A stretch of DNA of 63,518 bases, filler included. It is 5 parts of 5 records of this genome, joined end to end, with 100 filler letters (N's around TTAATTAATTAA, not from the genome) between each part and the next. Parts side by side here need not be neighbours in the genome. Positions count along the whole stretch, not along the records: positions 15,665 to 33,440 come from SRR31156797_29969; 4 more parts are not named here. The stretch is one strand, 5' to 3'. Positions 22,057 through 32,338 of the stretch are shown here, piece by piece (the stretch's first letter is position 1; each line of letters opens with the position of its first letter). Both the position numbers and the translations under genes were made by a program. The notes beneath the pieces are model-generated. The model worked only from the letters and a program-made list of their open reading frames with translations. It was not told the origin of the DNA and made no database searches.

Positions 22057-24027
22057 ATGATAACAACAGCTTCTCGTCCGTACCCTTTAGGTGCAACACT
22101 TGATCCAAATGGATGCAACTTTTCTATCTACGCGCCAGCGAATGATGATTTGGTGCTTGCTTTTTTTAACTCTGACGGCAGCTATGAAACCCACCCTCTT
22201 GAAGGTGAATATGCTGGCATCAAACACACTTATGTTGAAGGAATCAAGTCAGGCCAAAGATACGGCTTTATCTCTCAACAGAACGATCATTTGCAATACA
22301 TCTCTGACCCCTACGCCAAAGCCTTAGACAAAGCACTCACTTATAAACCCCCATTTTCTGCTTCAGACAGCTTTCAATTGGCAAAATGTGTCGTTATCGA
22401 TAATGACTTTGATTGGCAAGACTCCAAACGGCTCCTACGTCCAAGAGATGAGATGGTGCTGTTTGAAACGCATGTCAAAGGCATAACAAAACTGAACTCC
22501 GATGTGGATAAAAACATTAGGGGGACATATCTCGGTTTAATCAGCAAACCAATGCTGAAGTTTTATCGCCAACAGCATATCAATACGTTACAACTTCTAC
22601 CCATCGCAGCCTGTATGCACGAGCCGCATCTATTAGATATGGATAAAGTGAACTACTGGGGCTACAACCCTTATGTATTCATGGCACCCGATCCTCGTTA
22701 TGCCGTAAAAGATGCGGTGACGGAGCTAAAAACCGTTGTGCGCGAGCTCCATAAAAACGGAATAGAAGTGATTTTAGACGTGGTGTACAACCACACCGCC
22801 GAAGGCGGGCAAGATGGGCCAGTGTTTAACTTAAAAGCGTTAGATCCTCAATACTACCTGCGTCATGGTTGCCATTACGCGAACTTCACTGGTTGCGGTA
22901 ACACCGTTGATCTCTCTTATCAGCCCTCGCTCAATCTGGTCATGGATACGCTGAGATATTGGGTAGAAGAGTTCCATATCGACGGTTTTCGTTTTGACTT
23001 AGCCGCCACACTTGGTCGCAATGGCGATGATTTTAACCGTGATGCGGCTTTTTTTAAGGCGGTCGCTCAAGACCCAGTGCTACGAGAAGTGAAGCTAATT
23101 GCTGAGCCTTGGGATATTGGTCCCAACGGTTATCAAGTTGGTAATTTCCCGTTTGGCTGGAACGAAACTAACGACAAACTGCGGGACATCAGCCGCAGCT
23201 TCTGGCGTGGCGACCAAGGCTACCTAAAAGAGTTTGCTACCCGAATCATGGGCTCGCGAGATTTATATAGCGCAGCTAACTGGCCGTATAAACTTACCGT
23301 CAATTACATCACTTACCATGATGGCTATACACTGCAAGACTTAGTGTCGTACAAGCACAAACATAACGAAGCCAACGGTGAACAAAACCGTGACGGTCAT
23401 GGTGACAACCGCTCAGACAATTATGGTCAAGAGGGGGAAACGGAAAATCTCGTCATTATCGCCACTCGCGAACGTCAGAAACGCAACTTTATGGCTACCC
23501 TACTGTTTTCGTTCGGTATACCTCATCTACTTACCGCTGATTTGCTGTCACATACCCAAAAAGGTAACAACAATGCCTACTGCCAAGACAATGACATCAG
23601 TTGGATAAATTGGAAGAGTTCCGAAAGAAAAGCGTTTTTTGCCGAGTGGCTAGCCGATATGGTTGCGGCGCGCCAAACCTATATGCTGCCTTTTATCCGT
23701 GCATTTAGTGGCGATGAACGCAATTTCAACCGTATTTTTTGGCGTCGAGTCGATGGCTCACTGATGGAGCATGACGATTGGAACCGAGTAAACTGTGTTG
23801 CTCTGCATATGGGTATTGGAAAAGATGAACAAGAGTTGTTGTACCTCATTAACCAAACCAATGCGCCAGCACGATTTAAGCTGCCAAATGATCGTAACCA
23901 AGACTGGAAAATCATTTGCGACACCAACCAGCGTCATACGCTACCAGGGCATGCTGAAGGGGAACTGCTCCAGCTTCCAAGCTCTATGACCATCTTGTAC
24001 TGGCAACCCAAAAAGAAAGGTAAGTGA
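22057..24027 (+). CDS. glgX: Glycogen debranching enzyme (GH13); likely start MITTAS at 22057
   Basis: PYPLGAT, NYWGYNP, DVVYNHT, DGFRFDLA, IAEPWD, YHDGYTL. Confidence 0.95.
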   Translation: MITTASRPYPLGATLDPNGCNFSIYAPANDDLVLAFFNSDGSYETHPLEGEYAGIKHTYVEGIKSGQRYGFISQQNDHLQYISDPYAKALDKALTYKPPFSASDSFQLAKCVVIDNDFDWQDSKRLLRPRDEMVLFETHVKGITKLNSDVDKNIRGTYLGLISKPMLKFYRQQHINTLQLLPIAACMHEPHLLDMDKVNYWGYNPYVFMAPDPRYAVKDAVTELKTVVRELHKNGIEVILDVVYNHTAEGGQDGPVFNLKALDPQYYLRHGCHYANFTGCGNTVDLSYQPSLNLVMDTLRYWVEEFHIDGFRFDLAATLGRNGDDFNRDAAFFKAVAQDPVLREVKLIAEPWDIGPNGYQVGNFPFGWNETNDKLRDISRSFWRGDQGYLKEFATRIMGSRDLYSAANWPYKLTVNYITYHDGYTLQDLVSYKHKHNEANGEQNRDGHGDNRSDNYGQEGETENLVIIATRERQKRNFMATLLFSFGIPHLLTADLLSHTQKGNNNAYCQDNDISWINWKSSERKAFFAEWLADMVAARQTYMLPFIRAFSGDERNFNRIFWRRVDGSLMEHDDWNRVNCVALHMGIGKDEQELLYLINQTNAPARFKLPNDRNQDWKIICDTNQRHTLPGHAEGELLQLPSSMTILYWQPKKKGK

Positions 24028-24061
24028 TTCGTTGATTCTCACAACTTATTCATTGACAGAT

Positions 24062-24089
24062 AAAAGGAGAGCAAACCGCTCTCCTTTTT
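24062..24089. terminator. Bidirectional terminator
   Basis: AAAAGGAGAGC-AAACC-GCTCTCCTTTTT. Confidence 0.8.
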
Positions 24090-24116
24090 CAATTTCTGCA
24101 CCTGTACCATTTTTAA

Positions 24117-24911
24117 TTAAGCAGCGTAGCCACCATTAATCGCTTTAGAGAACGTTCGTTCGACAACCTTCTGGTAAATATCGATCAATACAGGCGAGAT
24201 CTTCGAACAAAGCACAAACAACGCCTGCTGATACTCTTCACTTGACTCCTTGACTGATAAATAACGACTCAATTCATCAATACAATCATTAAGATCGGAG
24301 TGGTACTCGTCCAACACAGCATCGATTTTTTCCAACTTAACATGCAGTAAACTAGCCTGTTTAGCCAACATCTCTGGCTTCAGCCCCATGTTCATCGACA
24401 TAATGCATAAACGATACTGAGTTAGTGCTTCAATCCCTGACATCACTGTCTGCCACTGATCGTTGTAGTCACCTGTTAACTCCAACTTATTCGCTTTGTC
24501 CAAAGAGATAACCATTTGATTATCTATCTGAAAGATAAGTTGGCGGATCATTTTCCCGTGAGCGACTAAGTTGGTTGAAACCGAACGACTTTTGTAACTA
24601 CTCGTCAGTTGGAACAGCTTGTTACGCAACGAAATGCGTTCTATCGAATTGCCAACATAGCGATCACTACAAAGCTCAGTCGCAGCTTTAACAATAGACT
24701 GATCAAGCTGTTCAATTTCATTGGTCACATCTTGCTTGTGGAACAAATATTGATGTGTCAAAGAGCGGTGCTGACGAACCAATTCAATCATATTCATCAA
24801 ACTGGCTATCGAAGCTTTATGCTTAGGCAAACTGCGACTCGAACCGCTACTAACAACTGCCGACACATCGCCCAGTAGACTAAGAAAAAAATTATTGTTG
24901 AATGCTTCCAT
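24117..24911 (-). CDS. Stand-alone helical protein, possibly NIT (nitrate/nitrite-sensing) domain
   Basis: CAGGAG RBS before MEAF; VRQHRSLTHQYL, LVAHGKMIRQLI and IEALTQYR resemble NIT-domain motifs; no TM or output domain seen. Confidence 0.5.
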   Translation of the reverse strand: MEAFNNNFFLSLLGDVSAVVSSGSSRSLPKHKASIASLMNMIELVRQHRSLTHQYLFHKQDVTNEIEQLDQSIVKAATELCSDRYVGNSIERISLRNKLFQLTSSYKSRSVSTNLVAHGKMIRQLIFQIDNQMVISLDKANKLELTGDYNDQWQTVMSGIEALTQYRLCIMSMNMGLKPEMLAKQASLLHVKLEKIDAVLDEYHSDLNDCIDELSRYLSVKESSEEYQQALFVLCSKISPVLIDIYQKVVERTFSKAINGGYAA

Positions 24912-24948
24912 ATCTTTGAACTCCTGAATAGCTGACTTCAAGAGTAGT

Positions 24949-25053
24949 TGCATAAGCAATGCCAAATATTAACCTGTTGATTTAAAATAACTTATATAGA
25001 ACCCCACTAATGACACCGCACAAAAAGTGTGACATAACGCACTTTTTTGGTGA
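24949..25053 (-). promoter_or_regulatory. Sigma54 promoter, IHF site and two NtrC-like boxes
   Basis: Minus strand TTGGCATTGCTTATGCA (GG-N10-GC, 24949-24965); AATCAACAGGTTA IHF consensus (24970-24982); GCAC-N7-GTGA at 25018-25032 and 25039-25053. Confidence 0.75.
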
Positions 25054-25107
25054 TTTTTGTGATCAGGTTAAAACTAAATAATTAGCAATGACTCAACGCG
25101 AGAAACC

Positions 25108-25139
25108 AAACAGGAGCGAACATCGTCACTCCTGTTTGA
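25108..25139 (-). terminator. Terminator after tssM
   Basis: CAAACAGGAG-loop-CTCCTGTTTG hairpin. Confidence 0.65.
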
Positions 25140-25155
25140 TTATCATCTAAGTGGT

Positions 25156-28100
25156 TTAGTACAAACTTCTCGACAGTTTAAATGACTTAAACAAACGGCC
25201 CGTAAACGGATTGGCGTCCGATTCAGAGTGAATGCGATAAATCATATCGCCATCATCAACAGAGAACTTGTAGTCAACAGAAGTTGGGCTAGCCGCAATA
25301 ACATCGCTGGAGTCAAGCAATCGGAAAAATGCCCAAGGCCCCTGTATGTTAATACTGCGTGGCGAGATGTTCTGCTTAATGGGTACCAAAGTCACTTTGG
25401 AGATTGCCGAATCTCTCAAAGTATTAGGCCAAATAAATTCGACTCGCTCTCTAGAACCATGGCTATACGACAAGTACTGACCGTCGACGTTCAGAACACT
25501 ACGTCGCTTATTACTACTCAATCTCAAAGGCTCGACTGAAAAGTTAACATCCAAGATTCCTTTACGGTTAAAGAATGCCGAACGAATTTTTTCAGCTTGC
25601 TCAAACTGTTCAAGAACTCCGCGACTTATCAATGCGGTCGCTTCATCATCAAGGCCAATTTGAATGTTCTCTTCAACAAACAACTTAAGCTGATTGTTAT
25701 AAAAACTATTCAGACTGCCATTCGGACCGAAGAAGGCTTCAAAATCGTTCAGTGAAACATCTTTACGCGATTGATCACTAAATGGATAGCGATTAGCTAG
25801 CTTCTCTTGGAAAACACGATAAACGTCTTCATGCCATCTCACATCAAGGTGATGAATAGCAGCTTGTTTTACAACATACCAACTTTCATCAGCCAGCTTA
25901 TTGAACATCGCATCCAATGGGCTAGGCAATCCCGAGGAAATTCGTTTCAAGGTAAAGATGGGATCAGAATCCAGCAGCTTCATACGTGACTTAGTAACAT
26001 CAAGTGCGGCCATTCCTGAATCAGGAGCCCCCTGTATCGACTTCATGACATCTCTTAACTCTTCAACCGAAGTCAGTACTTCACTTAAGTACGCGGGTTT
26101 GCTTCCAACCGGTTCGATGATACTACTCAGCTCAAAGAATGGAACTTCAATCATAGATGCAACCTTGAACTTAGGCGTCTTAATCAGCTCTTCATTCGCA
26201 TCTTCTGCAACATTCAACCCTTCAATTAACTGGGTATGATCGTTCACCGTATGCAATAAACGAGCGATAGGGTCCATGTTTCCAGTCAAGGCATTCAATA
26301 CTGTCACCGCGTCGTCGATATCGCTCAAGTATTTAATATCCACATCGTTTAACGCTGACTGCCAGGTATTAATATAATCAGCAACGTACAGCTGGCGGAT
26401 CTTATCTTTCAGTTCTCGCTTATCGGCTTCACTGAAGTTGGCTGACTTCACTTGGCCTAGAACCCAACTGTCAATCAACGCAAGTTTAGACACAGATTCT
26501 GACTGAGGAAGGAAATAATCTTCAAAGCCTTGTTTAGTCAGGAACTGAGGAATATAGATTCCATTGGTATCCAATGACTTTTGCACAAACACAACGTCAA
26601 ATACTGGGCCAATCAAATTCCTTAAGTTCACTGACGGGCCGAGAACAGATTGAGCCTGAAGTTTGAGGTTTCTATACACACGCTGATCATTCGGCATATT
26701 GCCAAGTTCTGATTGTGCTTTAGCGATCACGTTATCGTACGGATGTAGAACTTTATCCGCCTGAGGCTGATTGCTCAAGCGCTCCCCAGTTAAATCCGTA
26801 TGCAGCATGGCATAATCTAAGTGTACCAATAGCTCTTCCTGCACCTCGCGATTACCGGTGAATTCTCTCTGCCAACGTTGCGAAAAGTAATCCATGACAT
26901 ATCGGTTCATACGACCGCTTTTATCAACCATCATCCGGTACACGCGAAGAACAGCGAGTTTTGCATCTTCGGTTTCGGCTTGTTGCAAATCGACGACTAA
27001 ATCGGCCATTAACTTGGGTAAGAAGCGATACTTCAAAAGGCTCAGATAAGTTTCTTCAACTTTTGGCCCAATCGTGTGCCCCTGGTAGAGTCCCATATCA
27101 GACACATATTGTGGCTTGTCGCGGAAGAAGCCAAATTCCAGTGTTGCCTCGCGAATTCGATTCAGAGAAAGCAGCATTTCTTTCTGTGAAGTCAGCTCTC
27201 TGTTGGTTGGATATTGCTCTTTAAAACGATTCACTTTGCTCAGTACGGCGTCAGTATGCTTCACATTCTGCTGGTAGTAATGATGCCAAGAACCGATGAG
27301 TAAAGCGCTCGCTAGACAGCCCGTAAATACCGTCAGCCCCATTAAACGCTTATTCGCTTTTGCCACTCTGCGGTTATCAGAGGCCAAGCCCGCTTCAGGG
27401 TAGATGTATTTAGCAAACAGGTTCTGAGTGAAGTAAGCCGTCGAGTTGCTCGCCTTTTGCGCTGAATTCACTTTATGTGATAAACCATATCGACGTGATG
27501 CGGCATCATCAAAAGCATTTGTCGGGACGCCCTGTTGATAAACCGATGTAAGATAAACACCACGAACTAATGGCGCAGTGGAGAACTGGTCACTCTTTAG
27601 CGATCGCTGCAAAAACTGAGACAGAATATCTTTCAAGCCTGAAAGTTGACGCGTAAAACTATAAATGGCTTTGCGGTCTTCAAGCGACATTGGCTCACTA
27701 ACCACATGAGGCATGTTAGCGTTAATGCGTTCTACAAATAGCGAATACTCTGCAACAAACTCGTCGAGCCACTTATCCACGCTATCGACAGAATCCAGGG
27801 TAAAAGTAAAGCCCAGAACTTCTTCTCGTTGGCTCTTGGTATAGTTCTTAAAGAAAGCCTCAAAACCGTAAAGCAAATCTAACTTAGTTAGGGTGATGTA
27901 AACGGGTAAGCGAGTCGATAGCGACTCCATGAGTTCGCGCAGTCGAGCGCGTATTAAATCGGCGTAAGCTAATCGTTCAGTAGAGGTTCCGATGGCCAGT
28001 TGGGAAATATCCACCGCTAAAACGATACCGTTTAATGGTCGACGATTTCTGGTTTTTTCCAGCCAGTTAACAAAGTGTAGCCACAACCTACGCTCTAATT

Positions 28101-28701
28101 GACTGTCACTCTCGTGATCTAAAGCCCCTTGTGATAACAACTCACCATCAGGGTCAATCAATACTGAATCATCACCGATCCACCAATCAAAAGAATAAGG
28201 GTTTTCACTCTTCTGCCCTGAAGCTCTCAACGCGGAAGAAAAACTAAAATTTTGTCCCGAGCGGTTAATAAGGCTTGTCTTACCCGCATTTTCTAAACCC
28301 AGCACCAAGTACCAAGGTAGCGAATAGAGGTAATTTTTGCTGTTCAAATTTTGCTTGAGGTTATCCATTACTTGGTTAAGTTCAGTTTCCTGACGCTTCT
28401 CATATACCAGAATGGGATCTAAACGAATTTGCTCTTCATTTTTCTGCTGAACTTGGAAACGACGGATCTTTTTCCATTGCCAAACTAGCCACACGGCTAG
28501 TGAACCCAACGTCAACAACCCGCTCGCTAATATACGAGAATATATTGGCGCTAACGGTTTGATATCAAACAGTTCCAACTTTGGACCTGCCCACCAAATA
28601 GCGACATTCAATAAAATAAAGCAACCAAAAAGTAAAATAGGAAGCGCAGTTAAAACCCCTGGCCTCAGTTTCCTTAATAGCCCTATGATAAAATTCCACA
28701 T
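25156..28701 (-). CDS. tssM: T6SS membrane complex subunit TssM (IcmF/VasK)
   Basis: N-terminal TMs, LPWYLVLGLENAGKTSLI, RRPLNGIV, RGVYLTS, GPWAFFRLLD; 1181 aa. Confidence 0.95.
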   Translation of the reverse strand: MWNFIIGLLRKLRPGVLTALPILLFGCFILLNVAIWWAGPKLELFDIKPLAPIYSRILASGLLTLGSLAVWLVWQWKKIRRFQVQQKNEEQIRLDPILVYEKRQETELNQVMDNLKQNLNSKNYLYSLPWYLVLGLENAGKTSLINRSGQNFSFSSALRASGQKSENPYSFDWWIGDDSVLIDPDGELLSQGALDHESDSQLERRLWLHFVNWLEKTRNRRPLNGIVLAVDISQLAIGTSTERLAYADLIRARLRELMESLSTRLPVYITLTKLDLLYGFEAFFKNYTKSQREEVLGFTFTLDSVDSVDKWLDEFVAEYSLFVERINANMPHVVSEPMSLEDRKAIYSFTRQLSGLKDILSQFLQRSLKSDQFSTAPLVRGVYLTSVYQQGVPTNAFDDAASRRYGLSHKVNSAQKASNSTAYFTQNLFAKYIYPEAGLASDNRRVAKANKRLMGLTVFTGCLASALLIGSWHHYYQQNVKHTDAVLSKVNRFKEQYPTNRELTSQKEMLLSLNRIREATLEFGFFRDKPQYVSDMGLYQGHTIGPKVEETYLSLLKYRFLPKLMADLVVDLQQAETEDAKLAVLRVYRMMVDKSGRMNRYVMDYFSQRWQREFTGNREVQEELLVHLDYAMLHTDLTGERLSNQPQADKVLHPYDNVIAKAQSELGNMPNDQRVYRNLKLQAQSVLGPSVNLRNLIGPVFDVVFVQKSLDTNGIYIPQFLTKQGFEDYFLPQSESVSKLALIDSWVLGQVKSANFSEADKRELKDKIRQLYVADYINTWQSALNDVDIKYLSDIDDAVTVLNALTGNMDPIARLLHTVNDHTQLIEGLNVAEDANEELIKTPKFKVASMIEVPFFELSSIIEPVGSKPAYLSEVLTSVEELRDVMKSIQGAPDSGMAALDVTKSRMKLLDSDPIFTLKRISSGLPSPLDAMFNKLADESWYVVKQAAIHHLDVRWHEDVYRVFQEKLANRYPFSDQSRKDVSLNDFEAFFGPNGSLNSFYNNQLKLFVEENIQIGLDDEATALISRGVLEQFEQAEKIRSAFFNRKGILDVNFSVEPLRLSSNKRRSVLNVDGQYLSYSHGSRERVEFIWPNTLRDSAISKVTLVPIKQNISPRSINIQGPWAFFRLLDSSDVIAASPTSVDYKFSVDDGDMIYRIHSESDANPFTGRLFKSFKLSRSLY

Positions 28702-28713
28702 GGATCGCGTCCT

Positions 28714-30108
28714 TTATTTGCTCTGACGTTGTGTTGTTTGTAATCGATGAATTAAATGCGGTTCCCAATCTGAAACCTGCATATTGGCTGCTTGTTGATA
28801 AAGCAATCGATACTGTTCTTGTGCTAATGCAGTGAGGTTATTGTCGTGCATAATATCTGCTGAAATTAAACGCCAATAAAACTGCTCTCGCGGCTCTTGT
28901 GCTAAAGCTAAACCGTCATTGAGCATCGACAATGCGTAAGCAATGCCTTTTTCCTCAACCGCTGTGAAAGCCTCGTTCTGTATCATCTGCCATTCGCCAT
29001 GCTGAGTATCAGCAGACTCAGTGCACTTCTCTAACCACTGCCTGACTTCATCACTAACAAATGGCTCACCGCCTTTAAACTTAAGTTCATTAAGCAAGGG
29101 GATTCTGCTTAGGAAATTGGCCGTTTCTTCTGCAATCACTGCACACCACTCTGGCTTTTCCATTCGCTCTGCGACGACATAACTCATCAACTGGCCATCA
29201 AACCAAAATGGGGCAAGAGTTAAACTCTGCTCTATTTGTTGCCAAAGTTGCAAAGTTGGCTGATTCAGTTGATCGCGATACTCTTTCAGGCGCTCATGGT
29301 TCATGCCCCGTAACATCGTCTCGCCATCCGCTTTGTGCTCTGGCGGCGACGAAATTGCCCCCCAGATAGCAAAACGTCGTAATCGAATAGAAAGCGAATC
29401 TCCTGACTCTTGTTCAAATATGCGTCCAGCAATATCGAGTAGCGTTTTTTTGGAGACCTGATTATCCGATTTTTGGCGAGCCTCAGTCACAGAAGACGCA
29501 TTTTGACTGTGGCTACTCACCATCTCTGCGGTTTCAGCTGGCTTAGGTTGTTCAGACACTTTCAGCCGATTTTCAACTAATTGGTGAAGTGCATCCGCTT
29601 CATCATTACAAACATCGAGTGCACGAGTGACTTGATGCCAATGATCCGTCGCTTCCCTTAACTCATGACCGAGGTCGGCATGCAGCAATGAAAAGTCCAG
29701 CTTATCTACCGCGAGTGAAAGTCGCTGCAACATTAAGCTTAAGAACTTCTTACGGCTGACTTTCCCTTTGTTTCCGGGAACAGGAAAACTCGTGTCCCAA
29801 TACAGTTCAATAAAGTCCGCCATCACAAAAAATGACAGCGTTAGACGTTCAGATGACACCTGAGAGTGCAAACACTGCATCAAGAAAACCAGTAATCGGA
29901 TATCTTTTGATTTCGTGCTGAGCAACTGCAAAGTGCTCGTTTCAACTTCACGCCATCTCACTTCGCCATGCGCTAGAGACCCCACTTTCATCATTTGTTG
30001 TTCAACAAAATCGAAAACGGGATCTTCAATAAGTTTTTCACCCGTCGGTGAATCTTGGGATATCGCCACCTTAATTTTGTGGCGATAATCTAACCGTTCA
30101 TTATCCAT
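28714..30108 (-). CDS. tssA: T6SS TssA (VasJ-type, ImpA N-domain)
   Basis: MMKVGSLAHGEVRW..VE...L....KDIRL; LRRFAIW; APFWFDGQ; WEP near C-terminus. Confidence 0.88.
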   Translation of the reverse strand: MDNERLDYRHKIKVAISQDSPTGEKLIEDPVFDFVEQQMMKVGSLAHGEVRWREVETSTLQLLSTKSKDIRLLVFLMQCLHSQVSSERLTLSFFVMADFIELYWDTSFPVPGNKGKVSRKKFLSLMLQRLSLAVDKLDFSLLHADLGHELREATDHWHQVTRALDVCNDEADALHQLVENRLKVSEQPKPAETAEMVSSHSQNASSVTEARQKSDNQVSKKTLLDIAGRIFEQESGDSLSIRLRRFAIWGAISSPPEHKADGETMLRGMNHERLKEYRDQLNQPTLQLWQQIEQSLTLAPFWFDGQLMSYVVAERMEKPEWCAVIAEETANFLSRIPLLNELKFKGGEPFVSDEVRQWLEKCTESADTQHGEWQMIQNEAFTAVEEKGIAYALSMLNDGLALAQEPREQFYWRLISADIMHDNNLTALAQEQYRLLYQQAANMQVSDWEPHLIHRLQTTQRQSK

Positions 30109-30111
30109 ACA

Positions 30112-30768
30112 TCACCACCCACACCGTTCACGCAATATTGGCAGGTGTTCACCCAAAGCGTCCGTATGAAATAACAGCCCATCTATCGCTGCTGAATTAG
30201 AGCGAATAATCACAAAAGGTTGTCGTGACATGCTCTTCATTAAGTCAATCGCAGGTATACCTCTCGCCGAAGATAACAACACACCAGTATCGTCACTGCG
30301 CCACATCTGCTGCGGGTGATTAGCAATCGCGACTCTGACCCTCGCATCTTCAATACTGGTTGGTAACGCCAACTCAATACGGCTTAAATTATCAATGCAA
30401 CTCATTAGCAGTACGGGTTTATCGCGTTCATCGGTATTGTCATTATCCGCTTTCAAAGCAATCCAAGCGTTACTGTTATCCCCTTCTCCATCCTCAACCG
30501 GAGAAATATGTGAAGCACCCAAAGCAGCCGCATCCATCGCCCGATTCCAAGCGAGTGGTCGAGTCTCTTTATGCGTTAACGCCTCACTAAGCTTCACACC
30601 AAAAGCGTTATCAAAACAGTTGAGGCGGTCAAGACGACCAACGATATTTGTACATTGTTGAGCTAGACCGATTTGCTGTTGACTAACTTCAGCATTCGAG
30701 TTCAATGAGACAAGGACGAGCAAACTTAGCCCCTTGCAACATAAGTTCGGCAGACTAAATTTCATCAT
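30112..30768 (-). CDS. vasI: T6SS-associated protein VasI/TagO
   Basis: Signal peptide, RLDRLNCFD, LMSCIDNLSR, RGIPAI, C-terminal CGW; between vasH and tssA. Confidence 0.85.
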   Translation of the reverse strand: MMKFSLPNLCCKGLSLLVLVSLNSNAEVSQQQIGLAQQCTNIVGRLDRLNCFDNAFGVKLSEALTHKETRPLAWNRAMDAAALGASHISPVEDGEGDNSNAWIALKADNDNTDERDKPVLLMSCIDNLSRIELALPTSIEDARVRVAIANHPQQMWRSDDTGVLLSSARGIPAIDLMKSMSRQPFVIIRSNSAAIDGLLFHTDALGEHLPILRERCGW

Positions 30769-32336
30769 TTGATATCCAGCTTATGGCATTTATAAGCCAG
30801 CGTTCGTTTAGGAACACTTAAGCTTTGTGCAGCTTTCGATCGGTCACCACCGTACAAATCTAGACGCTGCTGAATGATCTTCTTTTCATAATCATTAAGC
30901 GCGACTCTAAGATCACCAATGGTAGATAAATCATGCTGAAAGCCGTTGACTGTTGATTGAACATCGTCGTCATAGCCATCAAACTGATTGCGATTAACCG
31001 GTTGAAGGCTGCGAGTCACAATTCGAGACTTCAAACACTCTTCTTCTATCTGGTTGCCATCCAATGTTTGAGCACAACCAAATTCAATCAGGTGTTTAAG
31101 TTCCCTGATATTTCCAGGGAAAGCATGTTGTTTTAAACGATCCAGCGCCTTGTAGTGCATACCCCGAATATTCTTACCGTGAGCCTTGTTGTACAAATCA
31201 ATAAAATGCTGGCTCAGCTGCTCGATATCTTCACGACGCGAAGATAAGTTAGGCAGACTGATCGGGTATTGAAACAAGCGATAGTACAAGTCCTGACGGA
31301 AGTTCTTCAAACGAACCTGCTCAAGCAAATTAACGTGCGTTGCAGAAACTAATCGAAAGTCTGAAGACTGCTCTTCTTTACCACCGATCGGACGAAACGA
31401 ACGAGATTCTAAGACCCGCAACAATTTCGCCTGAAGCGCCAATGGCATATCACCAATTTCATCCAAGAACAGCGTCCCGCCATTGGCTTGCGCGATCAGC
31501 CCTTGTTTATCACTATCAGCACCAGAAAAAGCCCCTTTGCAGTAACCAAACAGTTCGCTTTCTAGTAAGTTGTCAGGAATCGCCGCACAGTTAATTGCAA
31601 TAAATGCTTCATGTTTACGTGGTGAGAAATCATGGATAGCTTGCGCGGCTAACTCTTTACCCGTACCCGTATCACCTTGCACGATGACGGATAAATGAGA
31701 TTCGGCCGCACTCACGATCTGTTTTCTCAATTTCTGCATCACGCTACTGCGTCCGATTAATTGATTCGCCAAAGTCGCCTCTTGAGTATGATGCAATGAA
31801 TCTCTTTCGATATCGTACAAAGACTCTTTAAGCAGTCGTCTGCTCTCCTCTTCTCTCTCAATCGAATTCAACAATTCCCATTGCTTAGTAAACACATCAA
31901 CGAATTTCGAAAACTCAGGCTGCTTAAAAACCTTGTTTACGGCACTATGATCGCCAACCAACAGCAACATATGTTTAGCATGGCCCCCACCAATTTTTAG
32001 CGGTTGAAGCCAAACACTGCCAAACATACCGACATCCGCGACAAGTTGTTTAAAGGTTCGGTTTGACTGCCAAAAAATCAGCTCCTCAGCCATTAAACAC
32101 ATCTTGTTTTCAGATTGGATAACATGAGCAAACGGAGCATCAAAATCGGTGACAGACCATGAATATCCGCTGCGATTATCGTGAGGGATCACTAAGCGAC
32201 CATCTGATGTTGGGATCAGAAACATCGCATTTAACAAGCCTAACTCATCGATGATATTGCGAAGAAACTTGTCCGCAAGGGACGAAGAGTTCTTCACGCC
32301 TATCAGCTCAGTAGCATAGGAAAGCCAGATACTCAT
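30765..32336 (-). CDS. vasH: Sigma54-dependent activator VasH
   Basis: GDTGTGKE, ESELFG..KGAFSGA, LFLDEIGD, FPGNIREL, C-terminal HTH; within T6SS cluster. Confidence 0.9.
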   Translation of the reverse strand: MSIWLSYATELIGVKNSSSLADKFLRNIIDELGLLNAMFLIPTSDGRLVIPHDNRSGYSWSVTDFDAPFAHVIQSENKMCLMAEELIFWQSNRTFKQLVADVGMFGSVWLQPLKIGGGHAKHMLLLVGDHSAVNKVFKQPEFSKFVDVFTKQWELLNSIEREEESRRLLKESLYDIERDSLHHTQEATLANQLIGRSSVMQKLRKQIVSAAESHLSVIVQGDTGTGKELAAQAIHDFSPRKHEAFIAINCAAIPDNLLESELFGYCKGAFSGADSDKQGLIAQANGGTLFLDEIGDMPLALQAKLLRVLESRSFRPIGGKEEQSSDFRLVSATHVNLLEQVRLKNFRQDLYYRLFQYPISLPNLSSRREDIEQLSQHFIDLYNKAHGKNIRGMHYKALDRLKQHAFPGNIRELKHLIEFGCAQTLDGNQIEEECLKSRIVTRSLQPVNRNQFDGYDDDVQSTVNGFQHDLSTIGDLRVALNDYEKKIIQQRLDLYGGDRSKAAQSLSVPKRTLAYKCHKLDIK

Positions 32337-32338
32337 AG

